38,394 bases of DNA from Clostridia bacterium (GTDB taxonomy: Bacteria; Bacillota; Clostridia; UMGS1840; HGM11507), in the NCBI GenBank assembly GCA_045654005.1, contig JAZOMN010000067.1, positions 1 to 38,394 of the forward strand, written 5' to 3'. The stretch's first letter is position 1. Every line of letters begins with the position of its first letter. The translations under genes were made by a program, and so were the position numbers. The notes under the pieces were generated by a model. The model saw only the letters and a program-made list of their open reading frames with translations, ran no database searches and was not told where the DNA came from. Shown here piece by piece: positions 25,059 to 32,600 of this stretch.

Positions 25059-25718
25059 ATGATAAAATTAGATAACATTAATAAAATTTATAATATAGGA
25101 AAAACTACTGTCAAGGCACTTAATGATATAAATTTAGAAATAAAAAAAGGCGAGTTCGTAGGGATAGTAGGGCAGTCGGGGAGTGGGAAAACCACTCTTT
25201 CAAATATTATTGCAGGGCTTCTTGCACCAAGTACGGGGAAGGTAACAATTGAGGGAGATGATATCTGGAATTTTGATGATAAGAAAATGAGCCTTTTTCG
25301 CAACAGAACTTTAGGATTTGTTTTTCAGTCATTTAATTTAATTCCTGAAATGACGGCTTTAGAAAATGTTATGTTGCCACTTGCTTATTCAAAGATAAAA
25401 TATAAAAAAAGAGTGGAACTTGCAAAGGAAGAACTTGCAAAAGTCGGACTTTACGAAAGAATGTATCACAAACCGACTGAAATGTCAGGCGGACAAATGC
25501 AAAGAGTTTCAATAGCAAGAGCAATGATAAACAAACCAAAAATTATAATAGCAGACGAGCCGACAGGAAATCTTGATTCAGTGTCTTCTGAAACTGTAAT
25601 GCAACTTATTAAGGAAATAAATAAAAAAGGCGTTACCGTTTTAATGGTTACGCATAATTTAGAATATGAAAAAAATTTTACCAAGCTTATAACATTGAAA
25701 GACGGTAAAATAATATAA
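25059..25718 (+). CDS. ABC transporter ATP-binding protein (MacB/LolD/FtsE-like subfamily), orphan
   Basis: 219-aa ORF with Walker A GQSGSGKTT, signature MSGGQMQRVSIARA and Walker B IIIADEPT. No permease gene follows. Confidence 0.9.
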   Translation: MIKLDNINKIYNIGKTTVKALNDINLEIKKGEFVGIVGQSGSGKTTLSNIIAGLLAPSTGKVTIEGDDIWNFDDKKMSLFRNRTLGFVFQSFNLIPEMTALENVMLPLAYSKIKYKKRVELAKEELAKVGLYERMYHKPTEMSGGQMQRVSIARAMINKPKIIIADEPTGNLDSVSSETVMQLIKEINKKGVTVLMVTHNLEYEKNFTKLITLKDGKII

Positions 25719-25796
25719 TAATTCCATTGTGAAGCTTTTTTCCTATCCCTTAGTACTATGCCAAGAAAAAAACTGAGAAAAAATTTAAAATTTTTC

Positions 25797-25825
25797 TTGA
25801 CAAATCAAATTGAGAGATGTATAAT
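25797..25825 (+). promoter_or_regulatory. perfect-consensus sigma-A promoter for tRNA-Pro
   Basis: TTGACA (25797-25802), exactly 17 nt, TATAAT (25820-25825). About 28 nt upstream of the mature tRNA 5' end. Confidence 0.75.
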
Positions 25826-25853
25826 ATATTTTGCGTTGACTAAAACGACTTAT

Positions 25854-25930
25854 CGAGGCGTAGCTCAGTTTGGTAGAGTGCTTGGTTTGGGACCAAGATG
25901 CCGCAGGTTCAAGTCCTGTCGCCTCGACCA
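25854..25930 (+). tRNA. tRNA-Pro (anticodon UGG)
   Basis: Hand-folded cloverleaf. Acceptor cgaggcg/cgcctcg, anticodon stem cttgg/ccaag with loop ttTGGga, T-loop ttcaagt, encoded CCA. Confidence 0.9.
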
Positions 25931-25949
25931 TCTTTTTTAAAAAAAGGTG

Positions 25950-25978
25950 TTGACAAATCGGTGATAATATTTTATAAT
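25950..25978 (+). promoter_or_regulatory. perfect-consensus sigma-A promoter for tRNA-Thr/Tyr
   Basis: TTGACA (25950-25955), 17 nt, TATAAT (25973-25978). Begins 20 nt after tRNA-Pro. Confidence 0.75.
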
Positions 25979-26003
25979 TAGAATGTTGTTACCAAAATAT
26001 TTT

Positions 26004-26079
26004 GCTGGTGTAGCTCAATTGGTAGAGCAGCTGATTTGTAATCAGCAGGTCGCGGGTTCGAGTCCCATCACCAGCTCCA
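26004..26079 (+). tRNA. tRNA-Thr (anticodon UGU)
   Basis: Hand-folded cloverleaf. Acceptor gctggtg/caccagc, anticodon stem gctga/tcagc with loop ttTGTaa, T-loop ttcgagt (one C-A mismatch in the T stem), encoded CCA. Confidence 0.9.
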
Positions 26080-26164
26080 GGGAGAGTTCCCGAGTGGCCA
26101 AAGGGGGCAGACTGTAAATCTGTTGGCTCCGCCTTCGGTGGTTCGAATCCACCCTCTCCCACCA
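26080..26164 (+). tRNA. tRNA-Tyr (anticodon GUA), class II long variable arm
   Basis: Acceptor gggagag/ctctccc, anticodon loop ctGTAaa, long variable arm (ggctccgccttcggtgg region), T-loop ttcgaat, encoded CCA. Starts immediately after the CCA of tRNA-Thr. Confidence 0.9.
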
Positions 26165-26170
26165 GAAAAA

Positions 26171-26195
26171 AGCACTTCTTTGGAAGTGCTTTTTT
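26171..26195 (+). terminator. terminator of the tRNA Thr-Tyr transcript
   Basis: Stem agcacttc (26171-26178) / gaagtgct (26183-26190), loop tttg, T6. Preceded by A6. Confidence 0.8.
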
Positions 26196-26196
26196 C

Positions 26197-26322
26197 AGTT
26201 ATATTTGCCTTACGGCAAGTTATGAGTTCAGATTGCTTCGCCAGTTATGAATTGACTTCGTCAATGTTTGTTTTTTTGAGGGCAAATATATCATAACTGC
26301 AAACGAAGTTTGCATCATAACT
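26197..26322. repeat. AGTTATGA / TCATAACT motif array with palindromic spacers, between two terminators downstream of the tRNA cluster
   Basis: AGTTAT 26197, AGTTATGA 26218 and 26243, TCATAACT 26291 and 26315. Palindromes: ttgcc-ttac-ggcaa, attgac-ttc-gtcaat, gcaaac-gaa-gtttgc. Outer complementarity atttgcc (26203-26209) / ggcaaat (26281-26287). Confidence 0.85.
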
Positions 26323-26368
26323 CTAAACTTTCAACTTGCATCTAAACCATTCGGCTCTTCCAGAAAAA

Positions 26369-26395
26369 AGACTATTCTTATGAATAGTCTTTTTT
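26369..26395 (+). terminator. second terminator hairpin, about 170 nt after the first
   Basis: Stem agactattc (26369-26377) / gaatagtct (26382-26390), loop ttat, T6. A6 upstream, so it could be bidirectional. Confidence 0.7.
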
Positions 26396-26455
26396 CAATG
26401 AAATTTGCCTGCAGGTAGCGAGATATTTCATTAAACCCACATCCATATATTACAT

Positions 26456-26485
26456 TTGAGAATATGCACATATAAATGTTATAAT
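26456..26485 (+). promoter_or_regulatory. candidate extended -10 promoter of the LysM-CAP gene
   Basis: TGtTATAAT at 26477-26485 with a weak -35 ttgaga at 26456-26461. Confidence 0.4.
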
Positions 26486-26529
26486 ATATAAGGCAACCAT
26501 AAAATTATACTAACTCAGGAGGTCTTATA

Positions 26530-27135
26530 ATGAAAAAGATTTTAATTTTAATGATACTTGCAATTCAAATTATAACAATATTTCCCGCTTCCGCCGCATC
26601 AACAGTAACACATACTGTTGTATCGGGTGACAGCATGTGGAAAATTGCAGTTAAACACGAAGTAGGATTAGGAGAGATAAAAAGTGCAAATCCTCATATT
26701 GTAAATCCCGATCTTATTTACCCGGGGCAGATTCTTAATATTCCAAAGGTTAATTCGACTGTTATAGAATATGAAAATGAGGTTGTAAGACTTGTGAACG
26801 AAATAAGAGTAAAAAACGGATTGAATCCTCTTACAGCCGATTGGGAATTGAGCCGTGTGGCAAGATATAAGTCCCAGGATATGAAGGATAACAACTATTT
26901 TTCACACACCAGTCCTGTCTATGGGTCACCTTTTAATATGATTAAAAATTTTGGTATATCATATAAAAGCGCAGCAGAGAATATAGCCAAAGGGCAGAGA
27001 ACGCCTCAGGCAGTTGTGAATGCATGGATGAACTCGTCAGGGCACCGTGCAAATATATTAAATTCTTCATATAAGAAAATAGGTGTTGGATATGTTGCAA
27101 ACGGAAATTACTGGACCCAAATGTTTATAAATTAG
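26530..27135 (+). CDS. secreted LysM domain plus CAP/SCP (YkwD-like) domain protein
   Basis: 201-aa ORF with a signal peptide, a LysM motif (HTVVSGDSMWKIAVKHEVGLGEIKSANPHIVNPDLIYPGQILNIP) and a CAP domain (NYFSHTSP...AWMNSSGHRANIL). AGGAGG RBS at 26517-26522. Confidence 0.85.
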   Translation: MKKILILMILAIQIITIFPASAASTVTHTVVSGDSMWKIAVKHEVGLGEIKSANPHIVNPDLIYPGQILNIPKVNSTVIEYENEVVRLVNEIRVKNGLNPLTADWELSRVARYKSQDMKDNNYFSHTSPVYGSPFNMIKNFGISYKSAAENIAKGQRTPQAVVNAWMNSSGHRANILNSSYKKIGVGYVANGNYWTQMFIN

Positions 27136-27173
27136 TAGTAATCCCACTTGCGAAAAAATCATAATGTTAAAAA

Positions 27174-27216
27174 ATTGCCATTTTAGGGACAGTCCCCAAA
27201 ATGGCAATATTTTTTA
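27174..27216 (+). terminator. terminator of the LysM-CAP gene
   Basis: 11-bp stem attgccatttt (27174-27184) / aaaatggcaat (27198-27208), loop agggacagtcccc, followed by a T-run. Confidence 0.7.
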
Positions 27217-27295
27217 GGGAATAGGAAAAAAGCTTCAGAACGGACAAACTTAGCTCATTCTCTACTTTTTGCGGTCTTAAGTTTTTTCCATTCCC
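27217..27295. repeat. GGGAATAGGAAAAAAGCTT-type repeat: an inverted pair here plus a third copy at 25721-25750
   Basis: gggaataggaaaaaagcttcagaacgga (27217 onward, +). The reverse complement of 27279-27295 is gggaatggaaaaaactt. The reverse complement of 25721-25750 is gggataggaaaaaagcttcacaatggaatt. Confidence 0.75.
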
Positions 27296-27817
27296 TTAAT
27301 ATTCAATTCCGTATCTTGCATTTAGTCCCTTATCAAAAGGGTGTTTTACTTTTTTCATTTCGGTAGCATAATCGCAGATTTCTAAAAGTTCATGAGAAGG
27401 GTTTCTTCCTGTCAGCACTACTTCAAGATTTTCGGGCTTGTTTTTTAAAAATGAAATAACTTCGTTATCAGAAATTATACCAAGATTTATAACGTCAAGA
27501 AGTTCATCAAGAACAAGAAGGTCAAAATCCTCTGAAACTGCTTTTTTTGTTACTTGTAAAAACAGGTCTCTGATTTCTTTTGTTGTTTCTTCCTTTTCTT
27601 TTTCAGACATAGTATAGAAAAAGCCGCGTTTTTTTTCACACACTAAAACATCAACGAACTTACTTTCTTTTAAGCATTTTATTTCGCCTGAATTTCCGCA
27701 TTTTAAAAATTGTGATAAAAGAACTTTTTTTTCACATCCTGCCATACGGGCACATAGACCCATTGCGGCAGTTGTTTTCCCTTTTCCGTCACCGAAATAT
27801 ATATGTATAAGTCCCAT
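27296..27817 (-). CDS. cobO: cob(I)yrinic acid a,c-diamide adenosyltransferase (CobA/CobO/BtuR family)
   Basis: P-loop GDGKGKTTAAMG with a conserved C-terminus (MKKVKHPFDKGLNARYGIEY). The ATG at 27817 (MGLIHIY) is preferred over the track start at 27850, because a terminator hairpin (27841-27870) and a GGAGAG RBS precede it. Confidence 0.85.
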   Translation of the reverse strand: MGLIHIYFGDGKGKTTAAMGLCARMAGCEKKVLLSQFLKCGNSGEIKCLKESKFVDVLVCEKKRGFFYTMSEKEKEETTKEIRDLFLQVTKKAVSEDFDLLVLDELLDVINLGIISDNEVISFLKNKPENLEVVLTGRNPSHELLEICDYATEMKKVKHPFDKGLNARYGIEY

Positions 27818-27840
27818 ACTACTCTCCGTTTTTAAGATAT

Positions 27841-27870
27841 AAAAAGGCAATGTTTAAAACATCGCCTTTT
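27841..27870 (-). terminator. terminator between eda and cobO
   Basis: Hairpin aaggcaatgttt / aaacatcgcctt with one mismatch. Flanked by A5 and T5. Confidence 0.55.
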
Positions 27871-27886
27871 TAACATTTAATAATTC

Positions 27887-28531
27887 TTATAGTCCACGTG
27901 CTTCTTTAACTTTAGCAACTAACTGTCTTGCCATTTCTGTGATTGATTTAAAGTCGCCTGTTTTAGCACCTGCTGTTAAAGCACCGCCTACGCCTACTGC
28001 TGCAGCACCTGCTTGAATCCACTGGTCAACATTTGTAATATCAACACCGCCTGTTGGCATAACTTTTGCGTGAGGAAGAGGACCTTTTATTGATTTTATG
28101 ATTTTAGGACCAAAAAGTTCGCCAGGGAACACTTTGATAATATCAGCCCCTGCTTCCATAGCATTAACAACTTCTTTAATAGTTGTACAGCCAGGCATAC
28201 CTGCAACTCTGTATCTGTTACAAAGTTTAATTGTTTCAGGGTCAAAATATGGGCTTACAACGTATTGTGCACCTGATAAAATCGCAATTCTTGCAGTTTC
28301 AGGATCTAAAACTGTTCCTGCGCCAAGTAACATTTCTCCGTTTTTATAGTGGTTAGCAAGTTGTTCGATAACTTTGTGAGCGCCAGGAACTGTAAATGTA
28401 AGTTCGATAGCGTCAACTCCGCCTTCTAAACATGCTTCAGAAATTCTGATTGCTTCTTCACCTGATGTTGCTCTTACAACCCCAACAACACCGGTATCGG
28501 TTAATCTGGTAAGTACTTTTTCTTTTTCCAT
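27887..28531 (-). CDS. eda: 2-dehydro-3-deoxyphosphogluconate / 4-hydroxy-2-oxoglutarate aldolase
   Basis: KDPG/KHG aldolase pattern (VVGVVRA, AIELTF, GAGTVLD, VSPYFD, MPGCTT, IKVFPG, MPTGGV). The ATG at 28531 has an AGGAG RBS 8 nt upstream; the track start at 28573 is unlikely. Confidence 0.85.
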   Translation of the reverse strand: MEKEKVLTRLTDTGVVGVVRATSGEEAIRISEACLEGGVDAIELTFTVPGAHKVIEQLANHYKNGEMLLGAGTVLDPETARIAILSGAQYVVSPYFDPETIKLCNRYRVAGMPGCTTIKEVVNAMEAGADIIKVFPGELFGPKIIKSIKGPLPHAKVMPTGGVDITNVDQWIQAGAAAVGVGGALTAGAKTGDFKSITEMARQLVAKVKEARGL

Positions 28532-28633
28532 TTTGATTTCTCCTTTTTTTGTATGTATAGATAGTTTGTACACTATATTAACATATACATTCTATACCTA
28601 TTTTAATATAAAGTCAAACATTTTCTTTTTTAA

Positions 28634-28662
28634 TTGACTTTATTTAAATCTTTTGTTATAAT
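28634..28662 (+). promoter_or_regulatory. promoter of gdpP-rplI-dnaB
   Basis: TTGACT (28634-28639), 17 nt, TGtTATAAT (28654-28662). Confidence 0.6.
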
Positions 28663-28746
28663 ATAGTTTACCTTATTATGATGGGAAAGGAATACCCCTT
28701 TAAAAATTACATAAAAATTACGGGGGATTGGATATAAAAGAATATT

Positions 28747-30729
28747 ATGAATAAAGGAAATATATTTAATTTATTTAAAACGAACAGTAAGTCGTCATTT
28801 TTTGCACTTTTGCTGTTTTCGGTTGTTACTTTGTATTTTAATGTATGGTTGGGACTTGCAGAACTTTTTTGTGTTCTTGTGCTTTTTATGGTGCATTGGT
28901 TTTCAACATATAAGAAAAACAGGAAACTTAATGAATATCTGGAGGATTTGTTTTTATCTTCCGATTCCATATCGAAAGATTTTGTTGTAAACAGTATATT
29001 GCCTCTTGCAATTTTAAAAGACGAGGATACTATTATATGGTATAACAATAAATTTGCAGATATTTTTTATGATGACGGACCTGCAGAATCTTCAATAAAA
29101 GCACTTATAAATGGTTTTCCACAGTTAAAATCAGGGGAAACGGCAGAACAAATCAATGAAACAGTTGCATTTGAAGGTAAAACTTATAATATTCTCGGCA
29201 CTAAATTAAAAATCTCTCAAAACGAAGAGAAATTTTATTCAATGATATATTTCATAGATATAACGGACGAGGTTTACTATAAGAAAACGCTTGAAGAAAA
29301 AGAACTTGTTATTGGTAAAATTGTTATAGATAACTACGATGAATCCATTAACGGTCTTAATGAATCTGAGCGTGCAGTGTTAATCGCAGATACTGATAAG
29401 CATATATACAGTTGGGCGCAAAACACCAATGCTGTTATTAAAAAACAGGAAAAGGATAAATATAATATATATTTTGAAAAGAAACATCTTGAAAGTTATT
29501 TAAAACGCGATTTTGGAAAACTAAGAGATTTTGCTCTTAATGTTAACGTTGCGGAAATTCACTTAACATTCAGTATAGGAATAGGTCACGGAGGCGCAAG
29601 TCCTTTAGAGAATGAAGAGTTTTCTGCAAATTCAATAGATATGGCTTTAGGACGTGGGGGCGACCAGGTTGTTATAAAGGATAAAAAAGGCTTTTCCTTC
29701 CACGGCGGAGCATCCAAAGAGGTTGAAAAGAGAAGCAAAGTTCGTTCAAGAGTTGTAGCACTTGCCTTAAAAGAACTTATGGAAAGCAAAGAAAACATTG
29801 TGGTTATGGGGCATCTGGATTGCGATATGGACGCATTCGGAAGTGCTTTAGGGATAGTAAGAGCTGCAAAAAGCGTTAAAAGAAACGCATATATTCTGCT
29901 TGATGAGGTAACACCGTCTTTAAAAGATATTGTGGATGAAATGGCAGAATACGAAGAATATAAAGATGTTATTATAAATAAGTATCAGGCAGAATCATAT
30001 CTTGATAGTTCGGGAATGCTTGTTCTTGTGGATGCTCACAAAAAAGCACTTTTCCCTTATGAAGAAATAATTGAAAGCACGGAAACTGTGGTTTTAATCG
30101 ACCATCACAGAAAGAGCCCTGATTTTATTGATACTGCCACTCTTACTTATCACGAGCCTTACGCATCGTCAACAAGTGAACTTGTTGTTGAAATTCTGCA
30201 GTATATGGGTGAAAAAATAAAATTAAACCCTGTAGAATGTCAGGCTTTATATGCAGGAATGCTTATTGATACCAAAAACTTTACCTTTAAAACAGGGGTA
30301 AGAACATTTGAAGCGGCATCTTTCCTAAGGCGTTCGGGTCTTGATACTGCCGAAGCAAAAGAACTTGTTAAGTGTGACCTTAAAACATACAAAATAAGAA
30401 GCGAAATTATAAACGATGCAATTATTTACAAAGATACCATTGCAATAAGTAAATATGTCAGTGAAGAAATTGACGATACGACAGTTATCGCACAAGCCGC
30501 TGACGAACTTATAAATATAAAAGGTATTACAACAACATTTGTTATCTATTCTGACGGCGAGGTTTGCAGAATATCTGCAAGAAGTATAGGGAATATAAAT
30601 GTGCAGGTTGTTATGGAAAAAATGGGCGGAGGCGGTCATCAGTTATCTGCAGGCGCTCAGGTTGATAATGCCAATGTTAATGAAGTTTTAGAAGAACTTA
30701 TAAAAAATATAGACGAAGTTATAGGTTAA
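28747..30729 (+). CDS. gdpP: cyclic-di-AMP phosphodiesterase GdpP (YybT-type: 2 TM, PAS-like, degenerate GGDEF, DHH/DHHA1)
   Basis: 660-aa ORF with two N-terminal TM helices, a DHH motif (MGHLDCDMDAFGS, VLVDAHK, LIDHHR) and DHHA1 GGGH (MGGGGHQLSAGAQ). Conserved synteny with rplI and dnaB. Confidence 0.85.
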   Translation: MNKGNIFNLFKTNSKSSFFALLLFSVVTLYFNVWLGLAELFCVLVLFMVHWFSTYKKNRKLNEYLEDLFLSSDSISKDFVVNSILPLAILKDEDTIIWYNNKFADIFYDDGPAESSIKALINGFPQLKSGETAEQINETVAFEGKTYNILGTKLKISQNEEKFYSMIYFIDITDEVYYKKTLEEKELVIGKIVIDNYDESINGLNESERAVLIADTDKHIYSWAQNTNAVIKKQEKDKYNIYFEKKHLESYLKRDFGKLRDFALNVNVAEIHLTFSIGIGHGGASPLENEEFSANSIDMALGRGGDQVVIKDKKGFSFHGGASKEVEKRSKVRSRVVALALKELMESKENIVVMGHLDCDMDAFGSALGIVRAAKSVKRNAYILLDEVTPSLKDIVDEMAEYEEYKDVIINKYQAESYLDSSGMLVLVDAHKKALFPYEEIIESTETVVLIDHHRKSPDFIDTATLTYHEPYASSTSELVVEILQYMGEKIKLNPVECQALYAGMLIDTKNFTFKTGVRTFEAASFLRRSGLDTAEAKELVKCDLKTYKIRSEIINDAIIYKDTIAISKYVSEEIDDTTVIAQAADELINIKGITTTFVIYSDGEVCRISARSIGNINVQVVMEKMGGGGHQLSAGAQVDNANVNEVLEELIKNIDEVIG

Positions 30730-30763
30730 ATAGGGGATGTAAAAAAACTCCAGATCGCAAAAA

Positions 30764-30789
30764 GTAGGGAACGACCTATGTGTCGTTCC
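30764..30789 (+). repeat. REP-like single unit: GTAG + hairpin sharing GTAGGGAACG with the 9432 element
   Basis: GTAG (30764-30767), then ggaacgac-ctatgt-gtcgttcc (30768-30789). Confidence 0.65.
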
Positions 30790-30823
30790 GATAAAAATAA
30801 CATAGATAGGGAATGATCATAAA

Positions 30824-31270
30824 ATGAAAGTAATATTAACAGCAGATGTTAAAGGACAAGGGAAAAAAGGAGACGTTAAAAACGTTTCTGACGGATATGC
30901 AAATAACTTTTTATTAAAAAAAGGTCTTGCAGTTCCTGCTACTAATGACAATATGAATATTCTTAAGAATAAAAATGCGTCAGAAGAACATAAAAGGCAG
31001 GTTGAACTTGACAATGCAAAAGCATTAAAAGACCAGATTGAAGGCAAACAAGTTGTTATTTCAACCAAAGGCGGAGAAGGCGGAAAACTTTTCGGCTCTG
31101 TTACTTCAATGGATATTGCCGATGCAGTGAAAAAAGATTTAAAAGTTGAAATTGATAAAAGAAAAATCCTTTTAAAAGATAATATAAAACTTGCAGGTAT
31201 TTATGAGGTGGAAGTAAAACTTCATAAAGATGTTACTGCAAAAATAAAAGTTAAAACAGAGGTTTTATAG
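30824..31270 (+). CDS. rplI: 50S ribosomal protein L9
   Basis: 148-aa ORF with the classic [37 protein letters not shown]-terminus. Confidence 0.95.
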   Translation: MKVILTADVKGQGKKGDVKNVSDGYANNFLLKKGLAVPATNDNMNILKNKNASEEHKRQVELDNAKALKDQIEGKQVVISTKGGEGGKLFGSVTSMDIADAVKKDLKVEIDKRKILLKDNIKLAGIYEVEVKLHKDVTAKIKVKTEVL

Positions 31271-31274
31271 TAAT

Positions 31275-32600
31275 ATGGATATAATTAAAGAATTGCCTTT
31301 TTCAAGCGAGGCTGAACAAGCGGTTATCGGCTCAGTACTTCTTGAACCTCATCGAATTTCCGAAGTTCTGGATATAACTAATTCACAACATTTTTATATT
31401 GAAAAGAATAAACATATATTTCAGGCAATGGTTGATTTGTTCAATACAAATCAGCCTATTGATGTTGTTACACTTGGCAATCTTTTAAAATCTCAGGGTG
31501 TTTTCGAGTCTATAGGCGGTAACGACTATATAAAAGAAATCATAAACAATATGCCGCTATCTTTAAATGTTGCGGCGTATAGTGAAATCATAAAGAACAA
31601 GGCAATTCAAAGAAACCTTATTAAAGCGAGTGAAGAAATCACTAAAATCTGTTATGATGACGGCGTAGTTTCCAATATGCTTGACGTTGCTATTGACAAG
31701 GTTTTTTCAGTTGCACAGCAAAATCAAAACAGGGAAGTATCGCACATAAGAACAATTCTTTACGATAATTATACTAAACTTTCCGATATTATGAATAACG
31801 GCCTTGATATAAGCGGTCTGCCTACAGGATTTAAATATCTTGATTCAAAAATTCTTGGTATGCAACCGGGAAATCTTATACTTATTGCAGCAAGACCTGG
31901 TATGGGTAAATCAAGTTTTGCCGCAAACATTGCCCAGAATGTTGCAATCAGACAAAATATTCCTACCGCTATTTTCACACTTGAAATGTCAAAAGAAGAA
32001 CTTGCCAACAGAATTATATGTTCAGAGGCAAAGATTGATAATAAGAAAATAAAAAGCGGAAGCCTTACCGAACAGGATATTGTAAAATATATTGAAGCGA
32101 TGGAGCCTGTCGCATCATCTCCTTTATATATTGACGATACACCGTCTATTTCATATACCGAACTTCGAGCAAAATGCAAAAGGCTTAAACTTGAAAAAAA
32201 TATAGGACTTATTGTGGTTGACTATCTTCAACTTATGAGTGGAACAAGTAAGGAATCAAGGCAACAGGAAATTTCCGAAATAAGCCGAAACCTTAAACTT
32301 ATTGCAAAAGAACTTGGTATTCCGCTTATTGCACTTTCGCAACTTTCAAGAGCAGTTGAGCAAAGAAAAGACGACCACAGACCGATGCTTTCAGATTTAA
32401 GAGAATCGGGAGCGATTGAGCAGGACGCCGACATTGTTATGTTTTTATATAGAGACGAAGCATATAATGAAGAAACTGAAGAAAAAAATGTATGCGAATG
32501 TATTATTGCTAAAAACAGGTCGGGGGAAACAGGAACGGTAAAACTTACCTGGATTGGCGAATATACTACATTCTATACTATGGAAAACACTTATGAATAG
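31275..32600 (+). CDS. dnaB: replicative DNA helicase DnaB (DnaC in B. subtilis nomenclature)
   Basis: 441-aa ORF with the N-terminal PFSSEAEQAVIGSVL motif, Walker A ARPGMGKSSFA, and the VVDYLQLM and SQLSRAVEQR motifs. Confidence 0.95.
   Translation: MDIIKELPFSSEAEQAVIGSVLLEPHRISEVLDITNSQHFYIEKNKHIFQAMVDLFNTNQPIDVVTLGNLLKSQGVFESIGGNDYIKEIINNMPLSLNVAAYSEIIKNKAIQRNLIKASEEITKICYDDGVVSNMLDVAIDKVFSVAQQNQNREVSHIRTILYDNYTKLSDIMNNGLDISGLPTGFKYLDSKILGMQPGNLILIAARPGMGKSSFAANIAQNVAIRQNIPTAIFTLEMSKEELANRIICSEAKIDNKKIKSGSLTEQDIVKYIEAMEPVASSPLYIDDTPSISYTELRAKCKRLKLEKNIGLIVVDYLQLMSGTSKESRQQEISEISRNLKLIAKELGIPLIALSQLSRAVEQRKDDHRPMLSDLRESGAIEQDADIVMFLYRDEAYNEETEEKNVCECIIAKNRSGETGTVKLTWIGEYTTFYTMENTYE

Noticed and set aside
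25758-25940. 60-aa ORF from the track.
   Set aside because: It overlaps the tRNA-Pro gene and its promoter, so it is an artefactual reading frame.
26347-26361. Shared word ACCATTCGG-TCTT with the loop of the terminator at 18910-18923.
   Set aside because: A single exact match of about 9 nt between two sites in 38 kb is within chance expectation. It is not reported as a repeat family without genome-wide counts.
28707-29048. 113-aa minus-strand ORF overlapping the gdpP start.
   Set aside because: It is antisense to the N-terminal TM region of GdpP and spans the gdpP promoter. This is a typical shadow ORF in AT-rich DNA.
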